A DNA stretch of 64,000 nt from Clostridia bacterium (GCA_017934475.1 JAGBJN010000007.1:11776-75775), one strand, 5' to 3'. Positions 38,228 to 51,064 are shown, numbered from the stretch's first letter. The notes: generated by a model not told the origin, from the sequence alone. Numbers and translations are program-made.

Positions 38228-40450
38228 ATGATTGCACAAGTTATATTAAACTCTAATGCAAAAGATTTAGATAGAACATTTGACTATGAAATACCAGAAG
38301 AAATGCAAGATAAAATAAAAATAGGTAATCGTGTTATAGTTCCTTTTGGAAGAAGAGTAGAAGAAGGGTTTATTGTTGGATTTGTTGATGAGTCTGAGTT
38401 TAAAACTAAACCAATAATTTCATTTGAAGAGAATGAATTTATAAATGAAGAAAAGATTGAGATGGCAAAATGGATTGCTAAAAGATATTTTGCAAATTTA
38501 TCAGATAGTTTAAAACTAATGTTACCACCTGGAACAACAAGTAAAAATTTTGATAATAGAGTCAAAGAAAAAACTGAAAAATTTGTATATTTAGTAAAAA
38601 CAAAAGATGAAATAGAAGAATTAATTTTGTCTAAAAAAATAAAATCTGAAAAACATATTAGAGCGTTAAGATTTTTATTTAGCAATAATGGAATAATGGT
38701 ATCAGAACTTGAAACACTTACGGATATTTCAAAAAGCATAATAAAAACGTTAGAAAGAAATGGTTATTTAGAAATAAAAGAAGAGCAAATAGACAGAAAT
38801 CCTTTTGCTAACAGGGCTGTAAAAAGAACAAAAAAATTAACACTTACGGAAGAACAAGATATAGCATTTAATAAAATAAAAATGAATGAATATAAAGAAT
38901 ACTTATTACTTGGAGTAACAGGCTCAGGAAAAACAGAAATATATATGCAACTAATAGAAGAAAATTTGAAAAATAATAAATCAAGCATAATGTTAGTTCC
39001 TGAAATTTCACTTACACCTCAAATGGTAGATAATTTTATGGCAAGATTTGGAGAAGAAAGAATAGCGCTATTACATAGTAAATTAAGTGTTGGTGAAAGA
39101 TTTGATACATGGAATAGAATTGTAAGAGGAGATGCTAAAATAATAATAGGAGCACGTTCTGCAATATTTGCTCCTGCAAAAGAAATAGGATTAATTATAA
39201 TTGATGAAGAACATGATAGTTCTTATCAATCAGAAATGACACCAAAATATAATGCTAAAGAAGTAGCAAGATATATTGCAAATAAAAATAATTGTCCACT
39301 TGTTTTAGGAAGTGCAACCCCTGATATGCTTTCATATAAAAAAGCATTAGAAGGGAAAATAGAATTATTAGAATTAACCAAAAGAGCTAATAATGCAAGT
39401 CTTCCTGAAGTAGAAATTGTTGATTTAAGAGATGAATTAGCACATGGAAATCATTCAATGATAAGTAGAAAACTAAAAGAAGAAATAGAAAAAAATCTTG
39501 AAAATAAAGAACAAACACTACTATTTTTAAATCGAAGAGGTTATTCAACTTTCATAATGTGCAGAGATTGTGGATATACAGTTAAATGTAAGAATTGTAA
39601 TATAACAATGACATATCATTTAAAACAAGATAAATTGAAATGTCACTATTGTGGATATGAAACAAAAAGAGTAACAATTTGCCCAGAATGTTCAAGTACA
39701 AATATAAGATATTTTGGAACAGGAACTCAGAAATTAGAACAAGAAATAAACAAACTATTTCCAAGTGCAAGTACAATAAGAATGGACATAGATACAGTTA
39801 CAAAAAAGAATTCTCATGAAGAAATATTAAATAAGTTTAAAAATGAAAATATTGATATTTTAATAGGAACACAAATGATAGTAAAAGGACATCATTTCTC
39901 AAATGTGTCATTAGTTGGAGTTATAGCAGCAGATAGTTCATTAAATATAGAAGATTTCAGAGCAAATGAAAGAACATTCCAACTATTAACACAAGTAGAA
40001 GGAAGAGCAGGAAGAGAAAAAAAGAAAGGAAGAGTTATTGTTCAAACATATAATCCAGATAGTGTTGCAATTGAACTTGCAAAAGAACAAAATTATAAAG
40101 AATTCTATGAGAGTGAGGTTGGTATAAGAAAACAATTGAAATATCCTCCTTTTTGTGATATAATAATGCTTAGTTTTAGCTCTTCATATGAGCAAGATGT
40201 AATAAATCAAAGCAAGAAAATTTACCAATATTTAAAGAAAAGAGTTATTGAAGAAAATATAGGAATAATATTATATAGTCCAGTACCTTCTCCAATTGAT
40301 AAAATAAAGAATAAATTTAGATGGAGAATAATAATTAAATGCTTATATGAAGATAATATAAATAAATTATTACAAGATATGTTAGAAGAAAATGAGATTA
40401 AGAAAAATGTTAGAATTTCAATTGAAATTAATCCATATAATATGATGTAA
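38228..40450 (+). CDS. priA: primosomal protein N' (PriA)
   Basis: GVTGSGKTE, DEEH, NRRGY with CxxC pairs, GTQM. Confidence 0.97.
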   Translation: MIAQVILNSNAKDLDRTFDYEIPEEMQDKIKIGNRVIVPFGRRVEEGFIVGFVDESEFKTKPIISFEENEFINEEKIEMAKWIAKRYFANLSDSLKLMLPPGTTSKNFDNRVKEKTEKFVYLVKTKDEIEELILSKKIKSEKHIRALRFLFSNNGIMVSELETLTDISKSIIKTLERNGYLEIKEEQIDRNPFANRAVKRTKKLTLTEEQDIAFNKIKMNEYKEYLLLGVTGSGKTEIYMQLIEENLKNNKSSIMLVPEISLTPQMVDNFMARFGEERIALLHSKLSVGERFDTWNRIVRGDAKIIIGARSAIFAPAKEIGLIIIDEEHDSSYQSEMTPKYNAKEVARYIANKNNCPLVLGSATPDMLSYKKALEGKIELLELTKRANNASLPEVEIVDLRDELAHGNHSMISRKLKEEIEKNLENKEQTLLFLNRRGYSTFIMCRDCGYTVKCKNCNITMTYHLKQDKLKCHYCGYETKRVTICPECSSTNIRYFGTGTQKLEQEINKLFPSASTIRMDIDTVTKKNSHEEILNKFKNENIDILIGTQMIVKGHHFSNVSLVGVIAADSSLNIEDFRANERTFQLLTQVEGRAGREKKKGRVIVQTYNPDSVAIELAKEQNYKEFYESEVGIRKQLKYPPFCDIIMLSFSSSYEQDVINQSKKIYQYLKKRVIEENIGIILYSPVPSPIDKIKNKFRWRIIIKCLYEDNINKLLQDMLEENEIKKNVRISIEINPYNMM

Positions 40451-40497
40451 TAAATAATATAAAACAATAAAAAAGAATAATGAAAGGAGTAATAAAA

Positions 40498-40974
40498 GTG
40501 GCAATTAGAGAAATAAGAAATGAACAAGATGAAATATTAAGAAAAAAATCAAGAGAAGTAGAAGTTGTTGATGATAAAATAAGGGAACTTTTAAATGATA
40601 TGGTTGATACAATGCATAAATATAATGGTGTTGGCTTAGCAGCCGTTCAAGTAGGAGTTTTAAAGAGAGTAATAGTAATAGACTTATATGATGATAAAGG
40701 AATATACAAATTAGTAAATCCAGTAATAGTTAAGGAAAAAGGAGAACAAGAGTGTGAAGAAGGTTGTCTAAGTTTTCCTAATAAATATGCACAAGTTGTA
40801 AGACCGATGGAAGTAACTGTTGAAGCATTAGATGAAAATGGAAAGAAAATAAAAGTAAAAGGAAAAGGTCTTTTAGCACAAGCACTATCACATGAGATAG
40901 ATCACTTAAATGGTGTACTATTTGTAGATAAGATGTTACCAGGAACAATGCAATATGTAGAACCAGAAAAGTAA
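40498..40974 (+). CDS. def: peptide deformylase
   Basis: GVGLAAVQ, EGCLS, HEIDHLNG; GTG start. Confidence 0.96.
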   Translation: MAIREIRNEQDEILRKKSREVEVVDDKIRELLNDMVDTMHKYNGVGLAAVQVGVLKRVIVIDLYDDKGIYKLVNPVIVKEKGEQECEEGCLSFPNKYAQVVRPMEVTVEALDENGKKIKVKGKGLLAQALSHEIDHLNGVLFVDKMLPGTMQYVEPEK

Positions 40975-40990
40975 TGAAAGAAGTGATTAT

Positions 40991-41974
40991 ATGAATATAT
41001 TATTTATGGGAACACCTGACTTTGCTTTAGAGTCTTTAAAGGCTCTAGTAGAAGCAAACTACAATATTATAGGTGTTGTAACAAACCCAGATAAACCAAA
41101 AGGAAGAGGAATGAAAATGATTCCTCCTGAGGTAAAAGAATATGCCTTAGAAAGAAATATTCCAGTATACCAACCTGTAAGAGTAAAAAATAATACTGAA
41201 TTTATAGACAAAATGAAAGAATTAAATCCTGATGTAATATGTGTTGTGGCTTATGGAAAAATATTACCAAAAGAAATCTTAGATATTCCTAAATATGGAT
41301 GTATAAATGTACATGGTTCAATACTTCCAAAATATAGAGGAGCAGCTCCAATACAATGGGCAGTATTAAACGGAGATAAAGAGACTGGAGTTACAACAAT
41401 GTTTATGGATATTGGAATGGATACTGGAGATATTATAGATATTGAAAAAACAGAAATTGGAACAGACGAAACTACAGGAGAGCTTTGGGATAGACTTGCA
41501 ATAATGGGAGGAAAACTTTTAGTTCAAACTTTAAAGGAAATTGAGGAAGGTACAGTTACAAGAACTAAACAAGGTGAAGATTTTTCAATGGCTCCAATGC
41601 TAAATAAAGAAATGGCAAAAATAGATTGGGAAGAAAAGACAGCAGAAGAGATTCATAATTTAGTAAGAGGGTTAAATCCAATTATGGGAGCAGTGACTTT
41701 TCTTGGAGAAAAGAAAATAAAGTTTTGGAAGGTTCAAGTTGTAACAGTTGATGATTTAATAACATGGTTTCCTGAACTTGAAGAATATAGTTACAAAATA
41801 AATGAATTAACTCCAGGATGTGTAATGTTTGCATCAGATAAAAAAGGTCTATTTATAAAGGCAAATGAAGGAATAATAAGTGTACTTGAAATTCAAGGTG
41901 AAAATGCAAAAAGAATGCCAATAGGTGATTTTTTAAGAGGAAATGAAATAATGGCAGGAGAAATATTTGAATAA
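40991..41974 (+). CDS. fmt: methionyl-tRNA formyltransferase
   Basis: FMGTPDFA, INVHGSILPKYRGAAPIQ, MDTGD. Confidence 0.97.
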   Translation: MNILFMGTPDFALESLKALVEANYNIIGVVTNPDKPKGRGMKMIPPEVKEYALERNIPVYQPVRVKNNTEFIDKMKELNPDVICVVAYGKILPKEILDIPKYGCINVHGSILPKYRGAAPIQWAVLNGDKETGVTTMFMDIGMDTGDIIDIEKTEIGTDETTGELWDRLAIMGGKLLVQTLKEIEEGTVTRTKQGEDFSMAPMLNKEMAKIDWEEKTAEEIHNLVRGLNPIMGAVTFLGEKKIKFWKVQVVTVDDLITWFPELEEYSYKINELTPGCVMFASDKKGLFIKANEGIISVLEIQGENAKRMPIGDFLRGNEIMAGEIFE

Positions 41975-42140
41975 ATAAAGAAAGAGGATTAAAGTGGAAT
42001 AAATTGAAACACATATTAATCTTCTTTTTTTTTGTATTATTGACTAAATTTACATAAGATGATATAATTTTATAAATTTAAGTTAAAATGTAATAGTGGA
42101 CAAAATAAATTTTAAATAAAATTATTTAGGAGGACAGCTT

Positions 42141-42788
42141 ATGGCAAAAACGGAACGGAATGAAATAAAAGAAATTATAGGTAGGAATAATTACAGCACT
42201 GAGATAGAAAAATATGATGACTCTGATGAGGAAACTTTTGATGTTGGACTAACTGCAGGAATTGGCGACATTATGTATTTTTTAAATATTGTTGCAGATA
42301 AACATGTATTTGAGAAAAGCGGAAAAATCCAAATAGATGAAAAAAATTCTAGAATTTTTAGAGTGAAAATATGCTATATCGAATATAAGTCAACATACAA
42401 TTCTGTAATAATGGTAGGAAAAGATGATTATGGGAGAAAAATAAAGTGCACTCAGGAGTATTTTTTCCAGACATACGAAGATGCAAAAAATGCGTTAGCA
42501 GAATTGATAAGGCTATTCGATAAAGAAGATAAGTCCAGTGATATTTATGAAGATTTTGAGAAAGCCATAAAAATAAAGTATACATATGCCATGCATTTTA
42601 CAGTTAAACCGTTTGATATATTGCTAGAAAAAGAAAATCATTATACGGTGATTGGGGTAGAAGTAGATATTTATGAAGACAATTCATCAAGATTTGGAGT
42701 TATTCCAGCTGCAGATCATATGTATATTAGGAACAAAAGAGTTATACCTGGATTAAAATTTATTCCGTACAAAATTACTAAATTGTAA
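42141..42788 (+). CDS. hypothetical protein (solitary insertion)
   Basis: 215-aa ORF with AGGAGG RBS and its own terminator at 42791-42826. Confidence 0.6.
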   Translation: MAKTERNEIKEIIGRNNYSTEIEKYDDSDEETFDVGLTAGIGDIMYFLNIVADKHVFEKSGKIQIDEKNSRIFRVKICYIEYKSTYNSVIMVGKDDYGRKIKCTQEYFFQTYEDAKNALAELIRLFDKEDKSSDIYEDFEKAIKIKYTYAMHFTVKPFDILLEKENHYTVIGVEVDIYEDNSSRFGVIPAADHMYIRNKRVIPGLKFIPYKITKL

Positions 42789-42790
42789 CT

Positions 42791-42826
42791 AAAAGAAGAC
42801 AGCTAAATTAAGGCTGTCTTCTTTTA
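42791..42826 (+). terminator. intrinsic terminator
   Basis: AAAAGAAGACAGC..GCTGTCTTCTTTT. Confidence 0.75.
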
Positions 42827-42932
42827 TCAAATTTTGAAAATTTTTTATTAAAAGTGTTGTAAAAAATAGAACTTATTGTTATACTAATAGTATTAAAAAA
42901 CAATAAATAAAACAAATTAAGGAGGTTTTATT

Positions 42933-43331
42933 ATGGAAAACGAAGAAGTAAAAGAAGAAGTTATATCAGTAGAGAATGGAAATGAAGTAAGAATAGCAGA
43001 TGAAGTAGTTGCTGTAATATCAGGAATTGCTGTATCAGAAGTACCTGGAGTTTCAGAAATGGCTGGAGGTTTTGCTGGAGGAATTACTGAAGTATTAAGT
43101 GGTAAGAAAAATCTTGCAAAAGGTATAAAAGTTGAAGTTGGAGATAAAGAAACAAAAATAGATGTTAATATTATAGTAGATTATGGAGTTAGAATTCCAG
43201 ATGTGGCATTTGAAATTCAAAACAGAGTTAAAAAAGCAGTTGAATCAATGACAGGATTAAATGTTGTAGAAGTAAACGTTCATGTACAAGGCGTTAATAC
43301 AGATACAAACGATGAGAAAACAGAAGAATAA
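42933..43331 (+). CDS. Asp23/Gls24 family protein
   Basis: IADEVVAVISG..KGIKVEV..YGVRIPDVA..MTGL.V.EVNVHV. Confidence 0.92.
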   Translation: MENEEVKEEVISVENGNEVRIADEVVAVISGIAVSEVPGVSEMAGGFAGGITEVLSGKKNLAKGIKVEVGDKETKIDVNIIVDYGVRIPDVAFEIQNRVKKAVESMTGLNVVEVNVHVQGVNTDTNDEKTEE

Positions 43332-43393
43332 TTTGTATGCAAAAGGGTGCGGCTATTCGTACCCTTTGTTATAGAAAAACGGAGGAATATTTC

Positions 43394-43954
43394 ATGAAAA
43401 TTTTAGATAGAATAGGATTAATAGTTTTCGCAGATCTTATACTTATAATATCTGTACTAATTTGCCTTCTTATATTTGGATGGTTATCTCCAGAAACAGT
43501 TTATGAATTTACTAAAATAGCACTAAATGATCAAGTTACTACTAATATAGTACTTGGAATATGCATTGTTTGTATACTACTTGCGTTAAAATGTATATTC
43601 TTTAGTTCAGATAAAGATAGAATAAATGGAATTAAAGATGGAATATTATTAGAAAATTCTGACGGTCAACTAGTTATATCTAAAGCATCACTTGAAGATT
43701 TAGTTACAAAAGTAGTTAAAGGTTTTGATAGTGCTCAAGATATAAATACAAAAATTATAGTAGACCAAGAGAGAAAATTAGTGGTATATGTTACGTTAAA
43801 TGTAAAAGATAATGCAGTAATAAAAGAATTATCAACAAATTTACAAAATAAAATAAAAAGTACAATTAAAAGAACTTCAGATTTAGAGGTAAAAGAAGTA
43901 AATATAAGCATTAAGGAATTACAACCACAAATAACACAAAAAATAGATAACTAG
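43394..43954 (+). CDS. amaP: alkaline shock response membrane anchor AmaP-like protein
   Basis: two N-terminal TM helices, G.LVIS..LQ.KIK..V.EVNI; synteny with asp23. Confidence 0.7.
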   Translation: MKILDRIGLIVFADLILIISVLICLLIFGWLSPETVYEFTKIALNDQVTTNIVLGICIVCILLALKCIFFSSDKDRINGIKDGILLENSDGQLVISKASLEDLVTKVVKGFDSAQDINTKIIVDQERKLVVYVTLNVKDNAVIKELSTNLQNKIKSTIKRTSDLEVKEVNISIKELQPQITQKIDN

Positions 43955-43984
43955 ACATGTGTTTTTGGAAAGGAAATAATTAAA

Positions 43985-44188
43985 ATGGAAGAGATAAAGA
44001 ACTTTTTAATTAAATATAAAGGTGCAATTATAGGAGGTATTATTGCCATTCTTATTTTATGTACAGGTTTTTATAAACTAATGATAGGAATTATCTTGAT
44101 TGGTATGGGAATATATTTTGGAAATTATATTCAACAAAATAAAGATGAAGTTAAAGATAGAATAAAATCGTTTATTGATAAACTATAA
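43985..44188 (+). CDS. DUF2273 small membrane protein
   Basis: GAIIGGIIAILIL.TGF; synteny. Confidence 0.7.
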   Translation: MEEIKNFLIKYKGAIIGGIIAILILCTGFYKLMIGIILIGMGIYFGNYIQQNKDEVKDRIKSFIDKL

Positions 44189-44199
44189 AAGGGGTTATT

Positions 44200-44619
44200 A
44201 TGAAAAGAACTGAAATAAGGGAATTAACTTTTAGACTAATATATAGCACAGAAATACAAAAAAGTATGGATGATGAACAAAAGGATATATATATAGAGGA
44301 AAGTGAAATAAAAAATAATGAGGAAATTGAATACATAAATTATGTTTATAATGGAATAAAAGAAAACAAAGAAAAAATAGAAAAATTGATTTCTGAAAAT
44401 TTAAAAGAAAAATGGACTATTGAAAGAATATCTAAAATAGATATTGCGATTCTTAAAGTAGCTATATATGAACTTATTTATTCAGAATTACCATATAAAA
44501 TTGTTATAAATGAGGCTGTTGAGCTTGCAAAAAAATACGGAGATGACTCTTCAAGAGCATTTGTTAATGGTGTACTTGCAAGTGTTGTAAAAAAAGAAAA
44601 ATTAGCAGATGAGGAGTAA
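44200..44619 (+). CDS. nusB: transcription antitermination factor NusB
   Basis: W..ERI..ID.AIL, INEAVELAKKYG, FVNGVL. Confidence 0.95.
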   Translation: MKRTEIRELTFRLIYSTEIQKSMDDEQKDIYIEESEIKNNEEIEYINYVYNGIKENKEKIEKLISENLKEKWTIERISKIDIAILKVAIYELIYSELPYKIVINEAVELAKKYGDDSSRAFVNGVLASVVKKEKLADEE

Positions 44620-44622
44620 AAA

Positions 44623-45810
44623 ATGACACCTAATCCTATTAGTGTTACAGAATTAAATTTATATATAAAAGATAGATTCCAAAAAGATGAGTATTTAAAT
44701 AATGTATTAATTAAGGGAGAAATTTCAAATTTTAAGAACCATTATACTGGTCATATGTATTTTACATTAAAAGATGAAAACTCTCTTATTAAATGTGTAA
44801 TGTTTAAAGGATATACAGCAAATCTTGGATTCATGCCTAAAGATGGAATGAAGGTTATAGTATTTGGAACAGTTTCTGTATTTGAAAGAGATGGAGTTTA
44901 CCAAATATATGCAAAAGGAATGAAGCAAGAAGGTATGGGAGATTTACATGAAGAATTTGAAAAATTAAAATTGAAATTAGAGCAAGAAGGTTTGTTTGAT
45001 AAATCACATAAGAAGTCAATACCTGTTATGCCAAAATGTATAGGGGTACTTACATCAAATACAGGTGCAGTAATAAGAGATATAATTAATGTTTCAACAA
45101 GAAGAAATCCAAATGTATATATAAAACTTTTGCCAGTTCCGGTACAAGGTGCTGGAGCAAGTGAGAAAATTGCAAAAGCAATAGAAATAATGAATGAACA
45201 AAAACTAGCAGATGTAATTATAGTTGCAAGAGGTGGAGGATCATTAGAGGATTTATGGCCTTTTAATGAAGAAATTGTTGCTCGAGCAATATACGCATCA
45301 GAACTTCCAGTTATTTCAGCAGTAGGTCATGAAACAGACTTTACAATTGCAGATTTTGTTGCAGACTTAAGAGCACCAACACCATCTGCAGCAGCAGAAC
45401 TTGCAGTACCAAACATTTTGGATTTAGTTCAAAAGATACAAAATAATGAAAGAAGACTTCAAAATGGGTTAAAGAAAAAAGCTGAAATAATGAGACTTAG
45501 ATATGAAAAGTGTATGTCATCAAAAGCCTTTACAGATCCATTAGATAGAATTAATAAAAATTATATGCTTCTTGACAAGCAAATAAAAAGAATAGAAAGT
45601 TCAACAAATATGAAGGTAAAAGAAAAGAAAACATATATGGTTGAATGGATTGCAAAATTAGATACATTAAGTCCATTAAAAACATTAACAAGAGGTTACT
45701 CAATTGTTGAAAAAAATGGAAAAATGGTAAAAAGTATAAATGATTTAAATTCAAAAGATAAAATAAGTATAAAATTAACTGACGGTGAAAAACAAGCTGA
45801 GATTTTGTAA
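44623..45810 (+). CDS. xseA: exodeoxyribonuclease VII large subunit
   Basis: GEISNF, GHMYFTLKD, RGGGSLEDLW.FN, GHETDFT, PTPSAAAE. Confidence 0.97.
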   Translation: MTPNPISVTELNLYIKDRFQKDEYLNNVLIKGEISNFKNHYTGHMYFTLKDENSLIKCVMFKGYTANLGFMPKDGMKVIVFGTVSVFERDGVYQIYAKGMKQEGMGDLHEEFEKLKLKLEQEGLFDKSHKKSIPVMPKCIGVLTSNTGAVIRDIINVSTRRNPNVYIKLLPVPVQGAGASEKIAKAIEIMNEQKLADVIIVARGGGSLEDLWPFNEEIVARAIYASELPVISAVGHETDFTIADFVADLRAPTPSAAAELAVPNILDLVQKIQNNERRLQNGLKKKAEIMRLRYEKCMSSKAFTDPLDRINKNYMLLDKQIKRIESSTNMKVKEKKTYMVEWIAKLDTLSPLKTLTRGYSIVEKNGKMVKSINDLNSKDKISIKLTDGEKQAEIL

Positions 45811-45827
45811 ATTTGGAGGAATTAAAA

Positions 45828-46310
45828 ATGAAAAAAGTAATATGGATTTTAATTGCTATTGTAGTTGTAGTTGGAATTTCTTATTTCGCTACAAGAGAGT
45901 TAAATAAAGCAGAAAAAAATGAAAATAATATAACTAATACTTCTAGTACAATAACTAAGAAAGATAGTAAAGAAAATAAAGTAAATGAAACTTCAAATGT
46001 ACAAAAAAATACAGTAGAAAACAATATAGAAAATACAACAAATAAAGAAAATACAGTTGAGAATACAATAGTAGAGGAAAACAGTACAAAGGATTCTGAA
46101 ACAGTACCACAAACGGAAGAAGAAAAAGCAATTAGTATTGTAAAAAAAGACTGGGGAGCAAATGATGTAAATGTCAAAATTGCCATAGAAGGGATCAATG
46201 AAGATGGAACTTACATTGTAACTGTAAGGGATTCATCAACAACAGAAGCAATGGCCTTTTATAAGGTAAATGTAAAAAATAATAGTTTTGATAAAACAGA
46301 AATGTATTAA
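45828..46310 (+). CDS. secreted/membrane-anchored low-complexity protein between xseA and xseB
   Basis: N-terminal TM helix, Asn/Thr/Glu-rich linker, small C-terminal domain. Confidence 0.6.
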   Translation: MKKVIWILIAIVVVVGISYFATRELNKAEKNENNITNTSSTITKKDSKENKVNETSNVQKNTVENNIENTTNKENTVENTIVEENSTKDSETVPQTEEEKAISIVKKDWGANDVNVKIAIEGINEDGTYIVTVRDSSTTEAMAFYKVNVKNNSFDKTEMY

Positions 46311-46330
46311 TGAAAGGAAAGTAAAATAAA

Positions 46331-46555
46331 ATGGAAGAAATGAACTTTGAAGAAGCAATGGAAGCATTAGAAAAAATTGCAACAGAACTTGAAAAAGGAG
46401 ATTTAAGTTTAGAAGAATCTGTAGCAAAATTTGAAGAAGGAATTGCATTATCAAAAAAATGCTCTGATATAATAGAAAAAGCAGAAAAGAAAATAACTAT
46501 GTTATTACAAAAAGATGGAAAGTTAGAAGAAGAAAATTTTACAGTAGAGGAATAG
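46331..46555 (+). CDS. xseB: exodeoxyribonuclease VII small subunit
   Basis: FEEAM..LE.G.LSLEES...FEEG..L.K.C. Confidence 0.93.
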   Translation: MEEMNFEEAMEALEKIATELEKGDLSLEESVAKFEEGIALSKKCSDIIEKAEKKITMLLQKDGKLEEENFTVEE

Positions 46556-46567
46556 AAGAGGTAATAG

Positions 46568-47002
46568 ATGGATTTTTTTAATGATTACAAGTATTTAATA
46601 GTTCCATTTGGAGTATGGGGTGCAATTCAAATATTCAAAGTTTTATGGGACTTAGTTTCAACACATAAGTTTAATTTTAAAAGAATATTAGGAGCAGGAG
46701 GAATGCCAAGTTCACATTCAGCTGTTGTTACTTCTCTTGCTACAATGATTGCCAAAACAGAAGGTGTAAATTCAAAATTATTTGCGCTTGCTGTTGTTTT
46801 CGCATGCGTTGTAATGTATGATGCGGCAGGTGTAAGAAGAGCCGCAGGAAAACAAGCAAAATTATTAAATAAAATAGTGGAAACACCTGGAATGACTAAT
46901 TTACAAGTACAAGAAAAACTTGTTGAAGTATTAGGACATACTCCAATACAAGTTTTTGTTGGTGCAGTAGTAGGTGTTGTAGTTGGATTTATGTTTGGAT
47001 AA
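46568..47002 (+). CDS. divergent PAP2 family (DUF212) protein
   Basis: GGMPSSHSA, VMYDAAGVRRAAG, LGHTP. Confidence 0.9.
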   Translation: MDFFNDYKYLIVPFGVWGAIQIFKVLWDLVSTHKFNFKRILGAGGMPSSHSAVVTSLATMIAKTEGVNSKLFALAVVFACVVMYDAAGVRRAAGKQAKLLNKIVETPGMTNLQVQEKLVEVLGHTPIQVFVGAVVGVVVGFMFG

Positions 47003-47104
47003 TATTAAACAAGATTATAATAAAAATCGGAAGAAATTCCGATTTTTTTGTTGATAAATAATTAGTTTTAATGTATATTTATTAAAGAAAAGTAGGTGAA
47101 TGAT

Positions 47105-48733
47105 ATGGAAAATATAATAAATATTGCAAATAAAATAGGAATAAATGAAGAAAATGTTGAACAATATGGAAAATATAAAGCTAAAATTTCATTAAATGAA
47201 TATAAAAAGTTAAGTGCTAATAATGATGGAAAATTAATATTAGTTACAGCAATTAATCCAACACCTTTAGGTGAAGGCAAAACAACAGTATCAATTGGAC
47301 TTTGTGATGGATTAAATAGTATTGGAAAGAAAGCAATTGCTACACTTAGAGAACCATCATTAGGTCCTGTATTTGGCGTAAAAGGCGGAGCGACAGGTGG
47401 TGGAAAATCAAGTATTGAACCAAGTGATGAAATTAATTTACATTTTACAGGAGATATACATGCAATAACAACTGCAAATAATTTGCTTTCTGCAATAATC
47501 GATAATCATATATTTCAAGGAAATGAATTAAATATTAAGGACGTTACTTGGAAAAGATGTATGGATGTAAATGACAGACAGTTAAGAAAAATTAATACTG
47601 GTTTATCTGGCGAAAAGAAAATAGTAGAAAGAATTGATGGATTTGATATAACAGCAGCATCTGAGATAATGGCAATTCTATGTTTATCAGAAGATGAAAA
47701 AGACTTAAAAAGAAGACTTGGTAATATAATTATAGGATTTAATAATATTGGAAAGCCTGTTACTGCAAATGATTTAAAAGCGGCAGGAGCATTAACTGCA
47801 CTTCTTAAAGATGCTATAAAACCTAATCTAGTACAAACATTAGAAGCATCACCAGTATTAATACATGGTGGACCTTTTGCAAATATTGCACATGGATGTA
47901 ATAGTATAGTTGCTACAAAAATGGGATTAAAGCTTGCAGATTATGTTGTTACAGAAGCAGGATTTGGTGCAGACTTAGGAGCAGAAAAATTCCTAGATAT
48001 AAAAACAAGAAAACTACCTAAAAATCCAGATGCAGTTGTAATAGTTGCAACAATAAGAGCGCTAAAATATCATGGTGGTGTTGGAAAGGAAAATGTTCAA
48101 ATCGAGAATATTGATGCATTAGTAAAAGGAAGTAAAAATTTATTAAAACATATAGAAAATATAAAAGATGTATTTGGACTAAATGCAATAGTTGCTATAA
48201 ACAAATTTGATACAGATACTGAAAAAGAAATAAGTGTATTAAAAGAAATATTAAATGAAAACAATGTTGAACTAAGTCTTGTAGAATGTTATACAAAAGG
48301 ATCAAAAGGATCAAAGGATTTAGCAGAAAAAGTAGTAACTATTTGTGATAAAGAGAATAATTTTAAATTTGCATATTCAGTTGAAGATAGCATAACTGAA
48401 AAAATAGAGAAAATATCTAAGAATATTTATGGAGCTTTAGAAGTAGAATATAGTGATGAAGCAAAAATCCAAATAAAACAAATTGAAGAATTAGGATATT
48501 CAAGCTTACCAATATGTATTGCAAAAACACAATATTCACTTTCAGATGATGATAAAAATTTGGAATGTGAAAAAGAATTTAATATTCATATAAAAGAGGT
48601 AAAATTAAAAGCAGGAGCAGAGTTTATAGTAGTACTTACAGGAAAAATTATGACAATGCCAGGACTTTCAAAACATCCTGCATATGAAAATATAAATTTA
48701 GATGAAAACGGAGATATAATTGGAATATTTTAG
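47105..48733 (+). CDS. fhs: formate--tetrahydrofolate ligase
   Basis: PTPLGEGKTT, KGGATGGG, HGGPFANIAHG, TEAGFGADLGAEKF. Confidence 0.97.
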   Translation: MENIINIANKIGINEENVEQYGKYKAKISLNEYKKLSANNDGKLILVTAINPTPLGEGKTTVSIGLCDGLNSIGKKAIATLREPSLGPVFGVKGGATGGGKSSIEPSDEINLHFTGDIHAITTANNLLSAIIDNHIFQGNELNIKDVTWKRCMDVNDRQLRKINTGLSGEKKIVERIDGFDITAASEIMAILCLSEDEKDLKRRLGNIIIGFNNIGKPVTANDLKAAGALTALLKDAIKPNLVQTLEASPVLIHGGPFANIAHGCNSIVATKMGLKLADYVVTEAGFGADLGAEKFLDIKTRKLPKNPDAVVIVATIRALKYHGGVGKENVQIENIDALVKGSKNLLKHIENIKDVFGLNAIVAINKFDTDTEKEISVLKEILNENNVELSLVECYTKGSKGSKDLAEKVVTICDKENNFKFAYSVEDSITEKIEKISKNIYGALEVEYSDEAKIQIKQIEELGYSSLPICIAKTQYSLSDDDKNLECEKEFNIHIKEVKLKAGAEFIVVLTGKIMTMPGLSKHPAYENINLDENGDIIGIF

Positions 48734-48752
48734 TTATATAATGAATATATAT

Positions 48753-48780
48753 AATAGCAGTCAGTATGACTGCTATTTTT
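48753..48780 (+). terminator. hairpin between fhs and groES with CIRCE-like arms
   Basis: AATAGCAGTCA-GTA-TGACTGCTATTTTT. Confidence 0.6.
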
Positions 48781-48799
48781 ATGTCTATGGGAGGTATAT

Positions 48800-50721
<1,922 letters not shown>

Positions 50722-50742
50722 ATATCAATTTTTTAAAAATAC

Positions 50743-50771
50743 TTGTAAATTATTGAAATATGTGTTAATAT
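50743..50771 (+). promoter_or_regulatory. pheST promoter
   Basis: TTGTAA, 17-nt spacer, TGtTAATAT. Confidence 0.55.
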
Positions 50772-50799
50772 AGTAACATGTAAAATGATTAAAAAAATT

Positions 50800-51048
50800 C
50801 CAATTAAAAAGCAAAGTATGTGATTTAGAAAATGTATTATAGAGAAAATGGTCATCGGCTGAAAGCCATTTATACATAAATTACAGAAATTTCACTTTTT
50901 AGGACTATTTTTGAAATAGCAGTAGGAAATAGCGTATGCCTGCGTTAAAGGTAAATTGAGGTTAACTTTTTATTGTTAATAAATTTAGGTGGTACCACGG
51001 AATATTAACTCTGTTTCGTCCTATTATAGGATGAAATAGAGTTTTTTT
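50800..51048 (+). promoter_or_regulatory. T-box riboswitch (Phe)
   Basis: AGAGA and GGCTGAAA stem-I motifs, probable TTC specifier 50891-93, T-box AATTTAGGTGGTACCACGG 50982-51000, terminator 51007-51048. Confidence 0.9.
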
Positions 51049-51064
51049 GATAGAGGAGGAAAAT

